This document shows, piece after piece, positions 33,132-48,053 of a DNA stretch of 64,000 nucleotides. The stretch comes from Adineta vaga (lineage: Eukaryota; Animalia; Rotifera). Below the pieces are notes generated by a model. That model saw only the letters and a program-made list of their open reading frames with translations, ran no database searches and was not told the DNA's origin. How positions within the stretch are numbered: position 1 is the first letter of the stretch; each line of letters begins with the position of its first letter. The translations under genes were made by a program, and so were the position numbers. The DNA is taken from positions 11,408,001 to 11,472,000 of the forward strand of contig CP075494.1 in assembly GCA_021613535.1 (NCBI GenBank), written 5' to 3'.

Positions 33132-33862
33132 CTATGATTCTGTTGGTGATAAAATTGATTTAACATATAATAAAGATGATTGCACTGGATTATTATCGAT
33201 TAATTCATTGACATTTGTATTTGTTTTCACATCTTCATCAATTTTATGATGAAGGATCGATTGATGATACTGTTCTAACACTGGATTTGTCCATCCTATA
33301 GGCAATTGAGAAGAGTTTGATTGCAATCGAATTGTTCGTGGACGACGATAGGATGATGGTAATGATGGTTGCAATACTAAATTAACAACAGTCAATTGTC
33401 CATTCGAATTGGATTTCATATGAGATAGATTTTTCTACGAGATAAAAGAAAGGAGACAATCATGAATACGAATGACTTTCTTTCTTTTTATCAATTTTAA
33501 AAATATACTTGTTGTTTATATTTAGTCGTTGAACGAGGAGTTTTCTGCTTTGATTCATTGCGATCATATAAATGCATGTTCATTGTGGTTTGATTATGAA
33601 GTATAGAAGCTAATTTCTGTTTAGCAACAAATAAATCGTTATTGGCAAAATCATTTCGATAAAATGGTTTTGGACCATCCATACTTCCATGTCTGGTGGT
33701 TACTGTTGGTAGAAATGATTCGTATCTATTCGTTCGTTCAAATGACGAGCGCATAGTATTTGTCACTGCTCCATGCTGAGGATGTGATGGTGAACGATAA
33801 CCAATAGTTGGTTGTCTATGTTGATGATTATGCGCAGCAAAAATACGTGAATTTAAATTCAT
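33132..33862 (-). CDS. Orphan two-exon low-complexity protein
   Basis: ORF 33497..33862 (..KYKQQ|gt) joined to the ORF ending at 33132 via a ~70 bp intron; no recognisable domain. Confidence 0.55.
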
Positions 33863-34071
33863 TGCTTTTGTTCAAATGAGTTCATATATATGTTTTTCCT
33901 ATTTTGATAGGAAAGAAAAGAAATGTATTGTAAATAATTGGCTTTGTCAATAGAAACGTTCTTGTTTTCTTCTTCGGAACCTTTTCTTTTTCTTTTTAAT
34001 ATAATATATTTATTAAATTCACAGAAAAAGAAAAAGAAAAGACTTGATTTAGTTTTCTTCATTTCTCGCTA

Positions 34072-36288
34072 TTATATGTCTTCAATATCCGCTCGTAAAT
34101 AATCAATTAAACGACTGATTTCAATAATACGTTTACGATTTCGTTTATATTCTTCTTCTTCATGAATATTATCCATCATAGTTGTTAACCAATTGGATAT
34201 ACGTGAGAACATTTCATCTTCACGTTGATCAATTTTAGTTCGATGAATTTCATCCGATGTTTGACAAGCATTCAAGATTGTATCTTTATCGGCAAAAAGC
34301 TACGAAGAACAAATGTGAATCTTTTTTGGCGAAAAAAAGAAAAAGTTAATCTACGAACATCTCGTGTTTCTTCGGGAAATTCATCATCTAATTCACCTTT
34401 CATGTAAAGTTCAACAGCAGCAACACATAGACTTATAATAGATTCATTGAAAAATGCTTGTAATTCACGTATTAAACCGAAATTTCCGCGCATCGATTCG
34501 GTAAAATTTGAAACCATTTCACCTAAATTTCGTTCAAATGTTTGAATAGTATCCTAAAGAGTGATGAAAAAAGAAGTTGTATTGAGAAATGCATCGAATA
34601 GATTCCAATTTCATACTTCTAATTGATCGACCAAGGCAATTTCTAAAGCCATTAATTTATTACGAAGAGTTGTTAAAGCTTCATCATATTCAGCTGCAAC
34701 TGCAGGTGATACACCTTGTTGTTCAAGATCTTCTTTTGCCTGAATTTAAGAAAAATCGGATCAAAATTTCAGCGAAATATAATAAAAATACTGATAGAAA
34801 CTCTCTTGACTTATAAAAATGATTCTATAAACTTACAAATAATTGCGTTCTATAGTCTTTAAATTCATCTACAATAGCTGCAGCTCGTCTTGTATTTTCA
34901 TCTTTCGCTTCATTGACACATATCCAGAAATCGTCAATTTCACGATCTCGTGTTTCTTTTTCCTAAACAGTAAAAGAAAAAAAGCAAAGACGTGATAGAT
35001 CAATGTTTTCTTCTATGTTATAATTCGATTCTCTTTACTTTTAAACCGATTTCAAACATTGTTTGAACAATTGTAACAAATTTCTCTTCAAATTGTACCA
35101 TTAATTCATCAGCACCTGGTACCAAAAGTAATTTTTGTCCTTCAAAATCATCTTTAAACATTGTAGTAAATAATTGATTATGATCCATATTTTCAACAAA
35201 TGCATCCTACGAAATGGAATTGCTTTTCGTATAGAAGAAAAAGAAAAAGATGGTCGATGGAAATATTTACTTTATGTAATTGTTGTTGATTTTTTTGATC
35301 TTCAGCTTTCTTCTCTTTTTCTCGATCTTGATCTTCCTGGTTGATCAATTGTTGAATTGGAATTTCGAATTTTTTCGTTGCTTCTTCTCTCTACAATCGA
35401 TTTCAATTGATTGAATCCTTAATTGATTTTTCGTGACATACCTGTGCATCTTCAATCAATTTATAATCAAGAAAATTAATTTGTGGTAAATGAGAGATGG
35501 TAAAAATAAACGATTCGGATTTAGATGCGAATGGATTACCACGTAGACAAAGAGTTCGAAGATTATCAAAACGACGTAAGTAACGAATCTAGATCAAAAT
35601 ACAAAAACGATTAATATTCTTAAATGAAACTTTTCATATCATCAATAGAATTCCAACTTAACAATTCATTTGGATCTACTAATGTATAGTTTAGACTATA
35701 AATTCGCAAAAGTATTTTTCTTACTAACGCTATTTTCGTCGTCGACTTGATTATTTCCGATTGAGAATACATTCAATTTTTTCAATGAATCCATATTTTC
35801 AATAATTGTAATTCGATTATTATACAATGATAGATCTGTTAGTTCAGTTAAAGCATCTAAACCTTCAATTTGTGTAATATTATTAAATGAAAGATCTAAA
35901 ACGAAGTATTTTTCTTCTACAAAATATCATTATTCATACAAAATTTTACCTAACCAAGTTAATTTTTTCAATGTATCAAGTCCTTCAATACGTTCAATGA
36001 TATTATTATCCATTTGAAGTTTTGTTAAATTATTAAATAACCAAAGGTTTTCCATTCGAAGAATGTCTAATGAAAAAGAAAAGCTAAATTAGAACTCGAC
36101 TTCTAACCAATTAAAAGAAGAGTTTTACTTCGAAAATCTAGACGAAGTGCATCAACAGCACTATAATCTAGTTTATCTTCTTTAGGAATAACTTGATTAT
36201 CTGAATTAGGTCGTAGCGATTCTACAGCTTGCTGAAGCATATTCATTGACACCACTTCCGGTTCGATGGCATCGAATAGTCGAGCCAT
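34072..36288 (-). CDS. DRC3: Dynein regulatory complex subunit 3 (LRRC48)
   Basis: [18 protein letters not shown]|[30 protein letters not shown], LRRs ([22 protein letters not shown]) then coiled coil ending [24 protein letters not shown]. Confidence 0.92.
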
Positions 36289-36762
36289 TTTTGCAATACA
36301 ATATTCGGAAAGTTTTGTTTTAGTGACAATTTAATCAAATGGATAGTTTTCATTTTTCACGTTCTTTTATGTTGGTTTCCAAGAGAAACAAGAAACATTT
36401 TTTATTGATTTCGATTTCATTCTATTCAAATTTTCTCCACATTTTCAAGTTAAAGTTCGAAAATAAAAGAGCTATTTTTAAGAAAATCTTCAAAAAAAAG
36501 TCTCTGACTCATATCGACTAGGAGCGACATCTGTCAATAAACTATTTCAAATGATAAGATAATTGATATTCTTTCTTGCTATGGGACATCAGAATTTATT
36601 TTTCCAATCTATTTAATCAAAATTATAGCATTAAAAAGTATTCTATTGTATTCTTAATAAATGATATAACATAATGCATAATTAAAATTCAAATCGAAAA
36701 AAAAAGAACTGGTTTGTGTAATGAGACAGAGAAGGACGACTATTTTGTAAAAAATAAATATT

Positions 36763-39700
36763 CTATAAATGCGTTTGTGAGTCAGTTGAGTCATATTTTA
36801 TTTTGATCAAACCACCAGCACTTGTATCTGGTTCTTGTAATGCATACCAAGCAATACTATTCTTTTCAGGATCAAGATTTGATAGATCAACTTGAATCTT
36901 AACAAATGAAAAAGATCAAATTTTACAGGACAAAGAAAATGATCATTTATCAATACATACATCTCCCATATAGGTTTGTTCACTAGTAAATAATGGTGAA
37001 TTATTCTTGACACTGATATATAGATGTTGCCGACGTATGTCAACCAATGGTGCTGACCATTCAAATCTATAAAGAAAAGGATTTGATCGTTATAAGAAAC
37101 AGAAGATATTATTTTTGTTTCTTTTCGCATACAAATCATCATAGACTGGATTGAGTGAATCATGAACAGATTTGGTTTTCTTTTTATCTTTCTTAAAATC
37201 AGGCATCAAATAAACACGAACATATGCATCGGGAAGATTATGTTCATGAACATTAACTAATTTTCTAAAACGAATAGATTTTATCAAGACTCTCGATTAT
37301 AAACAATCTCAATTTCACTTACTTGCATGCATACACAGTTACGGACAATGATTTTCGATTGACAGCATAACGAATACCGAGTTTAATTTCTCCAAATGGC
37401 GATGATCTGCAAATAAGGATTACTATCGAATCAAAAACATATAGATAAATAAAAATTACTCGAGATCAGGATCATCAGCAACATAATGTGTTATGCTACT
37501 TGCTGACGGGATGGCTTCATTTGATGGCTATAAAAACAAAGAAATTCATCTAATATCTTTAGCATGCAATCATGATGCTTTCAGGCGTTTTCATTCGTTA
37601 GAAAAACTATAGACAGCGTGTCGTCTTTGATTACTGACAAGAAAAAGGTCAAATAACTTTTTATCCACTCTCTCATGCTATGATAATTGATAGCTTGAAT
37701 TGGGAGATATATTTTGTGTTACAATAAACTGTGAAATTCGATACACGAAACAAACTACTAAGGCAACAATAGTTGTTTATCTATGGAAGCTATTAGAAAA
37801 TTCATTTCATTCGGATAATTATAAAAAAAGCTGAATTCATGAGACTATCTCAACGATTGTAATCTGAGATAAATTTAATAGTATTCATATATTTACTTGT
37901 TGCGAAAAATTAGAAGTTGCAGATTTTGTTTCTAAATCACTTTCTAATATTGATTTATTTGGTAATATATTTATGGTATCTTGTTTGATAGTATTCTCAA
38001 ATGATTGAAAATTACTTGTTGGCGATGGTAACGGTAATGTATTCGAACTAACCGGTGATAAAATCTAGAAAACAAATCCGAAGAATAATTTTGAATAAGC
38101 TATATTGTCTTTGAATTTACATGAAGAGATAAACGAAGAACAATCGATGTTTTATCCAAAGGTTCGGTTAAACTTTTCAATGCAAATTCTTGTGTATCAA
38201 TTGTCATCGTATTCGTATCGAGTATTTGTTTGATTGGTAATTCCAAAAATGCAATGACATCATTATTTGAACGTGCATCACGTACTTCAATGGTTAATTT
38301 TTGTTGAAGTGGATTTGTACATAATATTTGTGATATATGTTCAAATAATGGATTTGTTTGAGATTCTAATGTAAGAGTTTTCCGTTCGATTGTATCAACT
38401 TGAATTCGACAAAATGGATTCGGTTCACGACGAGTTTTTTTCGAACGCTAAAAAAGATGAATATTAAACAAAAGAAAACGATGAAAATGGGGGTTTTACA
38501 TACAGGTAAATTGCTACAACGGTCAATAAATACAACTAGAAGAGCTTTGGATAATTTTTCTTGTTTAATCATTTGACTATTTGTTTGTTCAATCTAAATG
38601 ATTTTAAAAGAGATTATCAAAAGAAAAAGCAAAATTTGTATTCTAAATTTACAATATCAAGTGCCGATCTTTCTGTTGTAAGGTTAAAATATTGTAGGCT
38701 AACATTTATTGAACCTTTTTTCACATCTTTTAATGTTAACCACTAAACATAAGAAAGTTTTATGATTTGAATAGATTATGTAATTTCATTTACAGTATTC
38801 ACAGCTCCTTTATCAAGTAGTGTATTTATTGGACATTGAGCTCTAAAAATAAAACAAATTAAATAATACCAATTTCTCAGTAAATGAAGTGACAAAAGAA
38901 GATCGTGATTAAATAATTTACCTTCCAATAAAATCATCTTTACCGGGATCTTCATCATAAACTTCGAATTCTACGAAATCACTTTCATTTTGTTCAACAA
39001 CAAATTCAAATACCTTACATAAAGAAAATATCATTTCATATTTTTATTCAAGCAAAAAACTTTTGTTTTAACTATACTTCATTCCAATGTGGTTCAGTCG
39101 TATTATTGATTGTTTTTGTTCGATATTCGACATTTCCTTGAGCTTAAATATCAAGAGGATTGTAAAAAATGATTTATTCAATGATTATTTACCTTTGACT
39201 TTTACGAACGGATCACTTTTTCCTTTACCAAGAAGTGTTATATCAGATTTAACTAAATCACGTGCTTGAAAAACAATTACTCGAACAACACCCTAGAATT
39301 TATCCTGATAGAAGAAAAAGTAACTTTCAGAAGTGAAGAATTACTTGAGGACTTGACCAGCGTAAATGTCCAATTTGTAAATCCGTCACGAGTGGAAATA
39401 CTTGTCGATTGGGTAAAACCATCATTGATGCAACAATATCATTGATTTGTACAAGCATTAAATCACTGAAATGAAAAAAGAAAATTATTAAATGAATTTG
39501 ATTTTTCGTTTCAGTTAGTTTTTACTTTAATCCAGGAATATCAACTAATGTTCCTGCATCAGTTAATTTAAAATCAATACTCTAAAAATATATCAAAGAT
39601 TGTTAATTGAAAATGTTCGTTTTTCTAAATTTCGTACTGGTTTTCGAAGGAAAAAATAAGTAATGGCACCAAATAATGGGATTGTATTAATCAATGGACT

Positions 39701-40649
39701 GAGTATAATTCTTAAATCGCCAACAAATTGAATATCTTTAATTCCACATACAATTCCCTTGACTTTAGATTTGATTTTTGCATCACCAGCATAACTAAAC
39801 AAGTGAAATTTCTCAAAAATAGAATCATCGGAACATTCTTCTACAACATACAAAACTTCAATATCCATCATAATTTGATCTCGAATATTATCCGAATAAA
39901 CTTTTACACCTCCAATTCTTGGTGGCTATATCAAATCTTTCATAAAATTTCATCAATATCCTTTCTTTCACTTACAATTTCTCCAAGATCAAGTTTTTCA
40001 AATGAAAAATCTGATAATGCTGGTGATGTTCCACGTATCATTGGAATCATGATATCATGAAAAATAGCTTTATCAAGATATTTATTCGCATATGGCCATG
40101 CTTGTTTGATAATTTTATTGATCCATTCTGCTCGTTCAACATCCGGAAAGAAAACCTTTGATAGAAAATTGAAAAAACTTTGCAAAAATATTCTTCTGTG
40201 CAATTTACCCATGATGGTAATTCATCTAGACGAGCTTTTATATATTGTTCTTCGTTTTTATTGATTTCGTCAAGCATTTTATGACGTTCTTTAAATTGTG
40301 TTCGTTGACGTTGACGAAATAAATAGATAAAAACCGCTAATAATATCCATGAAACACTGAAATGAAAATATCCTAAAGATAAAAAATTTGTATGAATAAT
40401 ATTTGTTTTTAAAGGACAAAAGTTTTTCTTGCCAAGTATCCAAACAAAAACGACTAGACCAACAATTTCGAGATATTTTTTAACCATTTGAATCATATCT
40501 CCTTCCGTAGAGCCTAATCCAATTTTTGCCAATGGCATTTGAACTTTTCGAAATTCATGGATTATACTTTGTTTCTCTGGCGTTGTCGAATTTCCATCGA
40601 ATGATGTACCGATTAATTTATTTTTTAAATTTGCGGCTAAATTCTCCAT
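36763..40649 (-). CDS. ESYT: Extended synaptotagmin (hairpin TM, SMP, three C2 domains)
   Basis: N-terminal hydrophobic hairpin (GLVVFVWIL|GYFHFSVSWILL), ELPSW|VFFPDVERAEWINKI SMP start, C2 motifs (GKSDPFVKV, DEDPGKDDFIG, PDAYVRVYLMPD). Confidence 0.92.
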
Positions 40650-41382
40650 TTTATTCAATATCTAAAACAAGTTTTAACTGTTTTTTTTTACAATTCTCTG
40701 TAGAAATCAATATATTCCTTCGATAAAGGCCTACGCGAAAACATGTCTATCACTCGGATAGAGTAAAAAAAACAAAAGCATATTTATCAAGGTTAGCGGA
40801 TGATTGTGTACCATTCGTGTCGTACACAATAATACTTACAGAAACGAGGAAAAAGAGCAGTCCATCGAGTTGTTGGTGTTATTCTATTATATCTGTAAAC
40901 ATACACGAGTCTCCTATTTTATATTAATAGGATCTATAGTAGGAAAAAAAAGAAAGGAAGACGATTGCAAAAAGAAAGAACGAAAGAAAGAAGAAAAAAA
41001 GCAGTTCTACTCTGATTCAGTTAGAGACATGAAGTAACCAAGGTTATATTTATGCTAAATTTATTCATTACCTGTACAGGTAAATCAAATGTCTTCTATG
41101 ATTTATAGGAAAAATTTTCATCTGTCAATAATAATTACTCGAATCATTGATCTCCACTTTTGCCTCATTAGTTGACAAAAATATCACATACCCGCGAATC
41201 GCACGAATACATCGAAAAAAATATAAATGAATATCTGATTTAAAGAGAACGGCAAATATTTTATTCCTATTTTGTTTTTTTGGAATGTTAAACATCAATA
41301 AAATATACTAGTATTTGACATGCTACACGACTAGATATAATAATACACACTGAGAATTTTATTATTTTGTTGATTTCTAGTT

Positions 41383-42930
41383 CTATTTTTCCTCCTCTTT
41401 CGTCAATGATGAGCAAATACGTTTGTGAGTTGACCATCGTAGACGTTGACAAAATTCGTCACAATAATGAACCTAAAGAGAATAAATGAATTGTTATTGT
41501 CGTTGTTTCTCGGAAAGAAATTTGATGACAAACCGATTTGCAAGCAGTACAACGACGAGAAGCATTTGGTTGAGAACAGGCATCACAACGATTTGGAATT
41601 TCTTCTTCGAAAGAACGACCATTGAGCGTTGTTGTTAGAACAGTTAAAGCGGATGGAGTTTGACCCTAACAAGCCATTTTTTCATGTCAGATATGAAGAA
41701 TATTTAGAAAACTTACTAATTTAATTGGAGCAATAAGTCTGACAAGTTGTTGTAGAAGTGCACATTGTTTATAGGGAAAATTTCGAATTGTTTCTCGAAT
41801 AAATTTCTCTTCATACAGTTTGAAACCATCAGTTTCATTTTCATGCAAAAATCTATCAAATAAAAGACAATAGAACATAAATTCTTAGAAAAAAAACGTC
41901 CTTCTTACTTTTTACTCCAATCGGCACAAGTTTTTTCTATGTCATCTTTACTTTTCTCGAATATATGATCAATAAATGTTTTAATATAATGTGCTTTTAT
42001 TGCTATTATATCATTTGGTTCATTGGTGTAATGTGGATCTAATGATCTTTCAATCATTAATGCAAGTGTATTTGATAGTCGTTTGAGATTTGTTTTTGGT
42101 TGAGAGAATTCTGAATGAGTACGGATCAACTTCAATAACTAAATGAAATTTAAAAAAAAAACAATACAGTATAGATATTGAAATATCTATCACATATCAT
42201 ACATGAACGGGATTGAAATTCGTTGTTATAAGTAATTGTTGAAAACCTGCAATGCATGATTCCGGTAATTTACTTTCTGTTTCTTGACCTGAAATGAAAT
42301 TATCTGATTTCCTATTTCTAATAAAAGAGAAAGAATTGACCTTGAGGTGTTGTGTAATATTTAAGATCATCAAGTGTAACATAATTATTTATTGTATCAA
42401 CACATTGTTTCTGTCCCGTAAATGCGGCTAATTGAGCAGCTGTTCGACCAATACGATTTGTATAATGCGTTTTCGCACCTGCTTCAAGAAGAATACGAAC
42501 AATTTCAGTATTACCTGAAAACAAGAGAAAATCTATAGATCTTATTTATGAGGAAAACATATTTTTTACCAGAAAGTGCTCCGAACATTAGAGCCGTATA
42601 ACCTTGATCATGTTCATGATCATTTATATCGGCACCATGTGTTAACAAAAGAGAACATATCTTTGCATGTCCTTTATATGCCGCATGTTGCAAGGATGTC
42701 ATTCCATGCTATAGAAAAACGTATAAATAAAAGATAAGAAAACGATTGGATACAAAATGTATCAACCTCATCATGTGTATCTACGGGAATATGGTTTTTA
42801 AGTAAACGTTCAACATCATCGAAACTGCCTATGAGAAAAAGACAATTTGCAGACAATCATTTGTAAAAAGAAAAAATTTACCGTCAGTCGCATAATCAAT
42901 AATTGTTTTCTCACCACTTTCGAGTGCCAT
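41383..42930 (-). CDS. ANKMY2: Ankyrin repeat and MYND domain-containing protein 2 (daf-25-like)
   Basis: Ankyrin repeats GMTSLQHAAYKG, HDQGYTALMFGALSG, NRIGRTAAQLAAFTG; RNFPYKQCALLQQLV; MYND finger CDAC..CTAC..YCDEFCQRLRWSTHKRIC. Confidence 0.93.
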
Positions 42931-43354
42931 TACGTTAGAGATTACTGATTAATGGAATAGAATAGAATCTTTTATCAAGAGAGATAGAATGAAATTTTGC
43001 ATAGACTCGGAATCGGAAGGAAAGGAAAAGAAGAACAGAAAGAAAAAAAGATGGACTGTCAAAGTGGGAAGATAGATCGAAAGAGGTCACAAGTTGACAA
43101 TAATCTATTTGACAGATGAATGTTCTTGTCACTTTCAGTGTTCAAATAAATGTAGACATAAGTATGAGAACAAACTTTTCTATTCAATTCTTTTCTGTTT
43201 GCATATAATAAAAACAAAACATAAAAGAGAAAAAAGTTTGTTATTCTTGTGAAAATAAACTAGAAAAAGTATGAATTCTTGTTTTGTTTTGTTTTCTTAC
43301 AAAAAAAAAAGTATAATTTTAATCATAAAAACATTATCTATTTATATATTTGCC

Positions 43355-45268
43355 TTATAGTAAGGAACTGTATGGATCTTGACCGAAAGTCTGTAATGAT
43401 GATAATCCAGACATTGGACGATATTGAGCAACATCAAGAATTCTTTCGTAAAGTGCAACTGTTTCTGGAGACAAACCCGCATTTAAAAGACGTCGTTCAA
43501 GACCAGTATCATGATGGACAAGTGCTTTTTGATTTGAATGTGGAGAAACGACGGGTAAATCGATACGTAACGGAATGCTAGCATATGCTCTAGCAAGTTT
43601 AGGTATATCATAGATACTATTCGATGTGATATTAATCCAGTTCATACTGGGACCAGGTGTCAGAGAAAGATTTTGATTTGAATTAGTGGGTATGTTCATC
43701 AGATTTCGGAAACTGAAAGAATTATTAATATTGTTACTACTTGATATCGATTGATCTTGATAATTGGATGTTTCCTAGAAAGAAAAATAAAGAAATTCAA
43801 AATATTGTCAATTGCTTTTTTAAATATGGAAAGATTCTCTTCTTACAACTTGATATAGTTATATTCATATCTTTGATTAGAATTACCTCATTTTGTACTG
43901 CATTTGAATTGACTGGAATATTAGTAATATTTGTTAGCGGCATTGTTGGATGTTGCTGTTGTTGCTGATCATGATAGCTTTGGACAAAGGAGAGCATTTG
44001 TTGTTGTTGCTGTTGTGTAGGTCTGTATATTCTTCCTTGAATATTCAATGGTGCTCGTTTTGTAATTGGAAATGATTTTTGATTGAGACGCATTTGTCTT
44101 AGAAAAGGACGAAAAGCACTACGAGATCCACCAACAATAGCTACATTGGTATTTGGTAGAATTCCTTGATTAACTTTTTGTGTTGTATTCAATGGTGTAG
44201 TTCTGTTATGCGTATTATTAGACAAGATTATTTGAAGTGACGGATTGGTTGATTTTGAATTTGAATTTACAGTAGAAGCAACAGAATTTGTGTCCACAGA
44301 GCCGGATTGAGATGGCGTAGAATTACGAGAATTACTACTAGAAATTGATTGATGTGGTGATATTCGAGGTAAATTAGTTTGTAGAGCAGTATTTGTTCGA
44401 GATTGATTGGTAGTTGATTGCATTAATGACTGAACAGGTGTCATTGGTGGCAATGGTGCAAAGGAAACTAAATGAATAAATTGATGTCAAATATTAATTA
44501 AGAATTGATCATTCAATAGAGATCAGACGAACCTTTATGAAAATGTTTCCTTGTTCTTCCTGTACTAACGGTTACTGTTGATTGTGATTGTGATTGTGAT
44601 TGTGCTTGTGATAATATCGATTGTTGAGTTGGTATCCGTTGTGAAAGACTTGATATTGGTTGTGACATGGATGAAGTTGGTTGAGATCTATTGAAAGTTG
44701 AATTTGAGAATGTTGGTGATGATAATGTTTGTGAAAAATTTGACGCTGAATTTGATAGAGATGGCGTAGACATTACTGATATTGTCTCCGGTGATGAAGT
44801 ATCCGTTGGTGTGAAACCAGCACGTTTGATATCATTTACAGTAATGATAGTTATCACGACTGGAGGTTTTCGTCTTTCAGTATCTATATTCGTTGTATTT
44901 GCATTAAAGAAATGTTTATAATTGCCAGTTGACATTGTATTCGATGATAGATCAGCATCTGAAGAATCGGTAAATTTTCTTCTACTCATCATCATTGCAT
45001 TTTGTGATGATGATGGTGGTATATAACGTTTTGATCCATCACGAAAACGTACTTCAATTGGAGGTTTGGTTGGATTTTGAACTGCTCGTTGCTGATGAAA
45101 ATTAACTGTCGGAATTGAACGAGCACTAATGAGACCATTAATAGACCCATTAGGATAGACATGATTTTGTATTCGAGGATATGAATTATTGGTGGATGCA
45201 ATAAAACTGCCTGACTCCTCATAAATCGTTTCCAGAGGAGCAATAACTGAAGTTTTTGACATCACCAT
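43355..45268 (-). CDS. Orphan S/T/Q/N-rich intrinsically disordered protein, 3 exons
   Basis: Three long ORFs (44513..45268, 43797..44453, 43355..43699) joinable by GT-AG introns; QSQSQS and polyQ tracts; ordered-looking C-terminus LERRLLNAGLSPETVALYERIL. Confidence 0.7.
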
Positions 45269-46099
45269 GATTCAAAAATATCTTGACAACTTAAATTTGT
45301 CGATCAATTAAATATTTGTATTCTATTCATTGATTTCATTCATTCAAATTTACTTTGAAATTTCTTTGTTATTGGAGTAAAAATGATTAATCATTGATCA
45401 CTTTATTGAATTGAAAGATCCTTCTTAACAATCACTTGATCGTTGGTGTTGTCAATATAATGATATGGATATTAATACTAAAATATGAGAAAAAAAATGA
45501 CACAATTTCTCTTCACAATCAAATTGATTTCAAATGAATACAAAATTGTCTTATTACTTAACTATTCTCCATTAAGAAACAAAAGTTTAATCTACATAAT
45601 CAAAATATTGATTCATTGTCGAAGAAAATACTTCCCTTCGTTTGTTAACTAAAACAAACTATGAATACGATCATTCGAAGAAAAGAAACGAGATATCAGT
45701 AAACGATAATTGCAACTTGCTCTTATTCACGGTTTACCTTCAAATAAGCGTTAGATATATACATTTTGTGGTTAAATAGGTCTTGTGTGTCTCACCTTTT
45801 TCTCATTCTCTACTCTCTTACTCGTACTAGCAACGTCGGTAGGTTGAATGACAAGATCAATATCTTTGTAGTGGCTGAACATAAACAAAGAACAATGATT
45901 TGACAGCAAAATCTACGACAAAAAAAAACATCACCTATTTACCGTCTGTTTCTTTTTTTATCATTATTATCTATTCAGAATATCGATGAATATCATGTAA
46001 ATACTGGTTATACAAAAATCCTTCATAATCGTCTATTCTTTTTTTATTTCTTCTTTGTAACAACATCGATTTTTTTCTCTCTTACTTTCATGGTCAAAC

Positions 46100-46122
46100 G
46101 TATATATATATATATATATATA
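46100..46122. repeat. (TA)n microsatellite
   Basis: About 11 TA units. Confidence 0.75.
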
Positions 46123-47240
46123 CAATCTAAAATGATGCCTTGTTCGTGATTATAATTTGATTTGATTGCACCATTAGAATGATTATATATCTATATATAT
46201 AAAGTAATGCAATAAAAAAGAGTAACGTTGTCTCTTTTACAATCGAAATAATCTCTGTTCTATTAATATTTAATCGTATGATAATGATTCGCTTCTTTCT
46301 TTCTCATTTATACCAAGTAGAGAAGATGATAATGATAGTTATATTCATTCTTAACGGTGTATCATATTTTGTTTGAAGTATGACTTAGTTCATTGAAAAT
46401 GTTTCGGTCTTTTTTTGTCCGTTCTCGTCACATATTATTAATAGAAATATAATGTTTGAGAAAAAGTAAATTGTTCAAAACGTGTTCGATATTCAAGTGC
46501 ATTGAATATGTTTTGTTCATTACGAGGTATCGAACATGTTCTTTCATCGTTCTCATCCTTGAGATTGTTATCTAAATCATAGTTATACTATTTAGTGAAG
46601 GTATCAATAGAATATTCACCTTGCTTTTTTCCATTACTTTTTATTATCATATTTTTCGTATTATTGGATTGTTTTTGTGCTTCTGGTTTCTCATATCATT
46701 TCATTCGGCAGGTTACAAATCAAACCTGTAGGACATATAAATAATGCATACCTTGATTTATAGACTGATATATGTTATGTAAACATATTCGAATAAACAG
46801 AATAATATACCTAGAATCTTCTTAATGAAGAAAATGATTGTCAGAAAGATTATATTTTATCTGTACACATGTTTCATTTAATACGATATACTATGAAATT
46901 TTTTGCGCGAAAGAAAACGTCCGGATAATAAATCGATCAATTAATTTGAATAAATCAACGTGATGTGTGCATGTCATTTGTATGAGATACAGATTATGAT
47001 GAATTCAAACGAATACTCAATGAACTATTGAAGATTTCTGTATTTTACTTGTTAAAACAATATTTTTGTTTTTGTTTAGATTTCAATTCAATATTTTCGA
47101 AAATCTATTTCATATTAATAAGAACCGAGTCGATGCATCGATATGTGTCATTTAAATTAATACTACGCTGAAGAATATATATATATATATATATTTAGGA
47201 TTAGAGAAAATATTGATAAATTTTTATTCATAATTCACGA

Positions 47241-48053
47241 TCAACTAGGTAATAAAATCTGATTATTAACAATTAAAACATTATCTTCTGATTGTTTATT
47301 ATTTCTTTTTGATTTATTTTTTCTCAGGAATTGATTTTTTAATAAACGATAAAAGAGAATCATATTAAACACACCCATTGCCAATGTAATTGAAACAGTA
47401 AAAATTCTTATAATTAGATTCAAACGATCTCCATTCATATACAATTCACGCAAACCAATATAAACAATTCCAAAACGTAGTAAGATAAATGTTACATAAT
47501 TCCCAATATCAATGAAAATTTTCAAAAGATTTCGATGATATATCGATTTTGATAATAGTGAATACCAACGTAATAATCGACGAGCATGTAAAAATACACT
47601 GTTAATTTCTAATGAAAGACCATAGAGAGCATAACCAATATTTCGTGTATAATAAAGAACGTGCGAAAAAAAAATAATAACAATAATATGATGAGTTAGA
47701 ATTGGAAAGACGGATGTCGTCGAATTTTGTAAACAATCAATAAAATCATAACAAAAATAGCCAATACTAAATGCAAGTAACGCATAATTGAATCGATTGG
47801 AATGTGATAAGGGATCTTCAAACATTTCTGGTGCTCGTAAAACACCAATGATTAACAAAGTTGAACAAATACATGCATGAATAAAGCTGAGTAAGGTATT
47901 TTCTTGTAGCCAATTAGTTTTTTTATAATGAAGATTATGATTGCAAATAGTAAAGAAAGCGAATGATGATAAAATATAAATAAACATATAACAAGGAGAT
48001 ATTGGTTCATATGGAAAAAGATCTGTTTCATCGAAATAAACTTCGGTATACAT
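47241..48053 (-). CDS. TLC (TRAM-LAG1-CLN8) domain membrane protein, TLCD1/2-like, intronless
   Basis: SFIHA, SIGYFCYDFID, ILTHHI, LSLEINSVFLHARRLL, TFILLRFG motifs. Confidence 0.88.
   Translation of the reverse strand: MYTEVYFDETDLFPYEPISPCYMFIYILSSFAFFTICNHNLHYKKTNWLQENTLLSFIHACICSTLLIIGVLRAPEMFEDPLSHSNRFNYALLAFSIGYFCYDFIDCLQNSTTSVFPILTHHIIVIIFFSHVLYYTRNIGYALYGLSLEINSVFLHARRLLRWYSLLSKSIYHRNLLKIFIDIGNYVTFILLRFGIVYIGLRELYMNGDRLNLIIRIFTVSITLAMGVFNMILFYRLLKNQFLRKNKSKRNNKQSEDNVLIVNNQILLPS

Noticed and set aside
34072-42930. Possible ciliary gene cluster (DRC3 and ANKMY2)
   Set aside because: Only two genes, separated by ESYT; compatible with chance in a gene-dense genome
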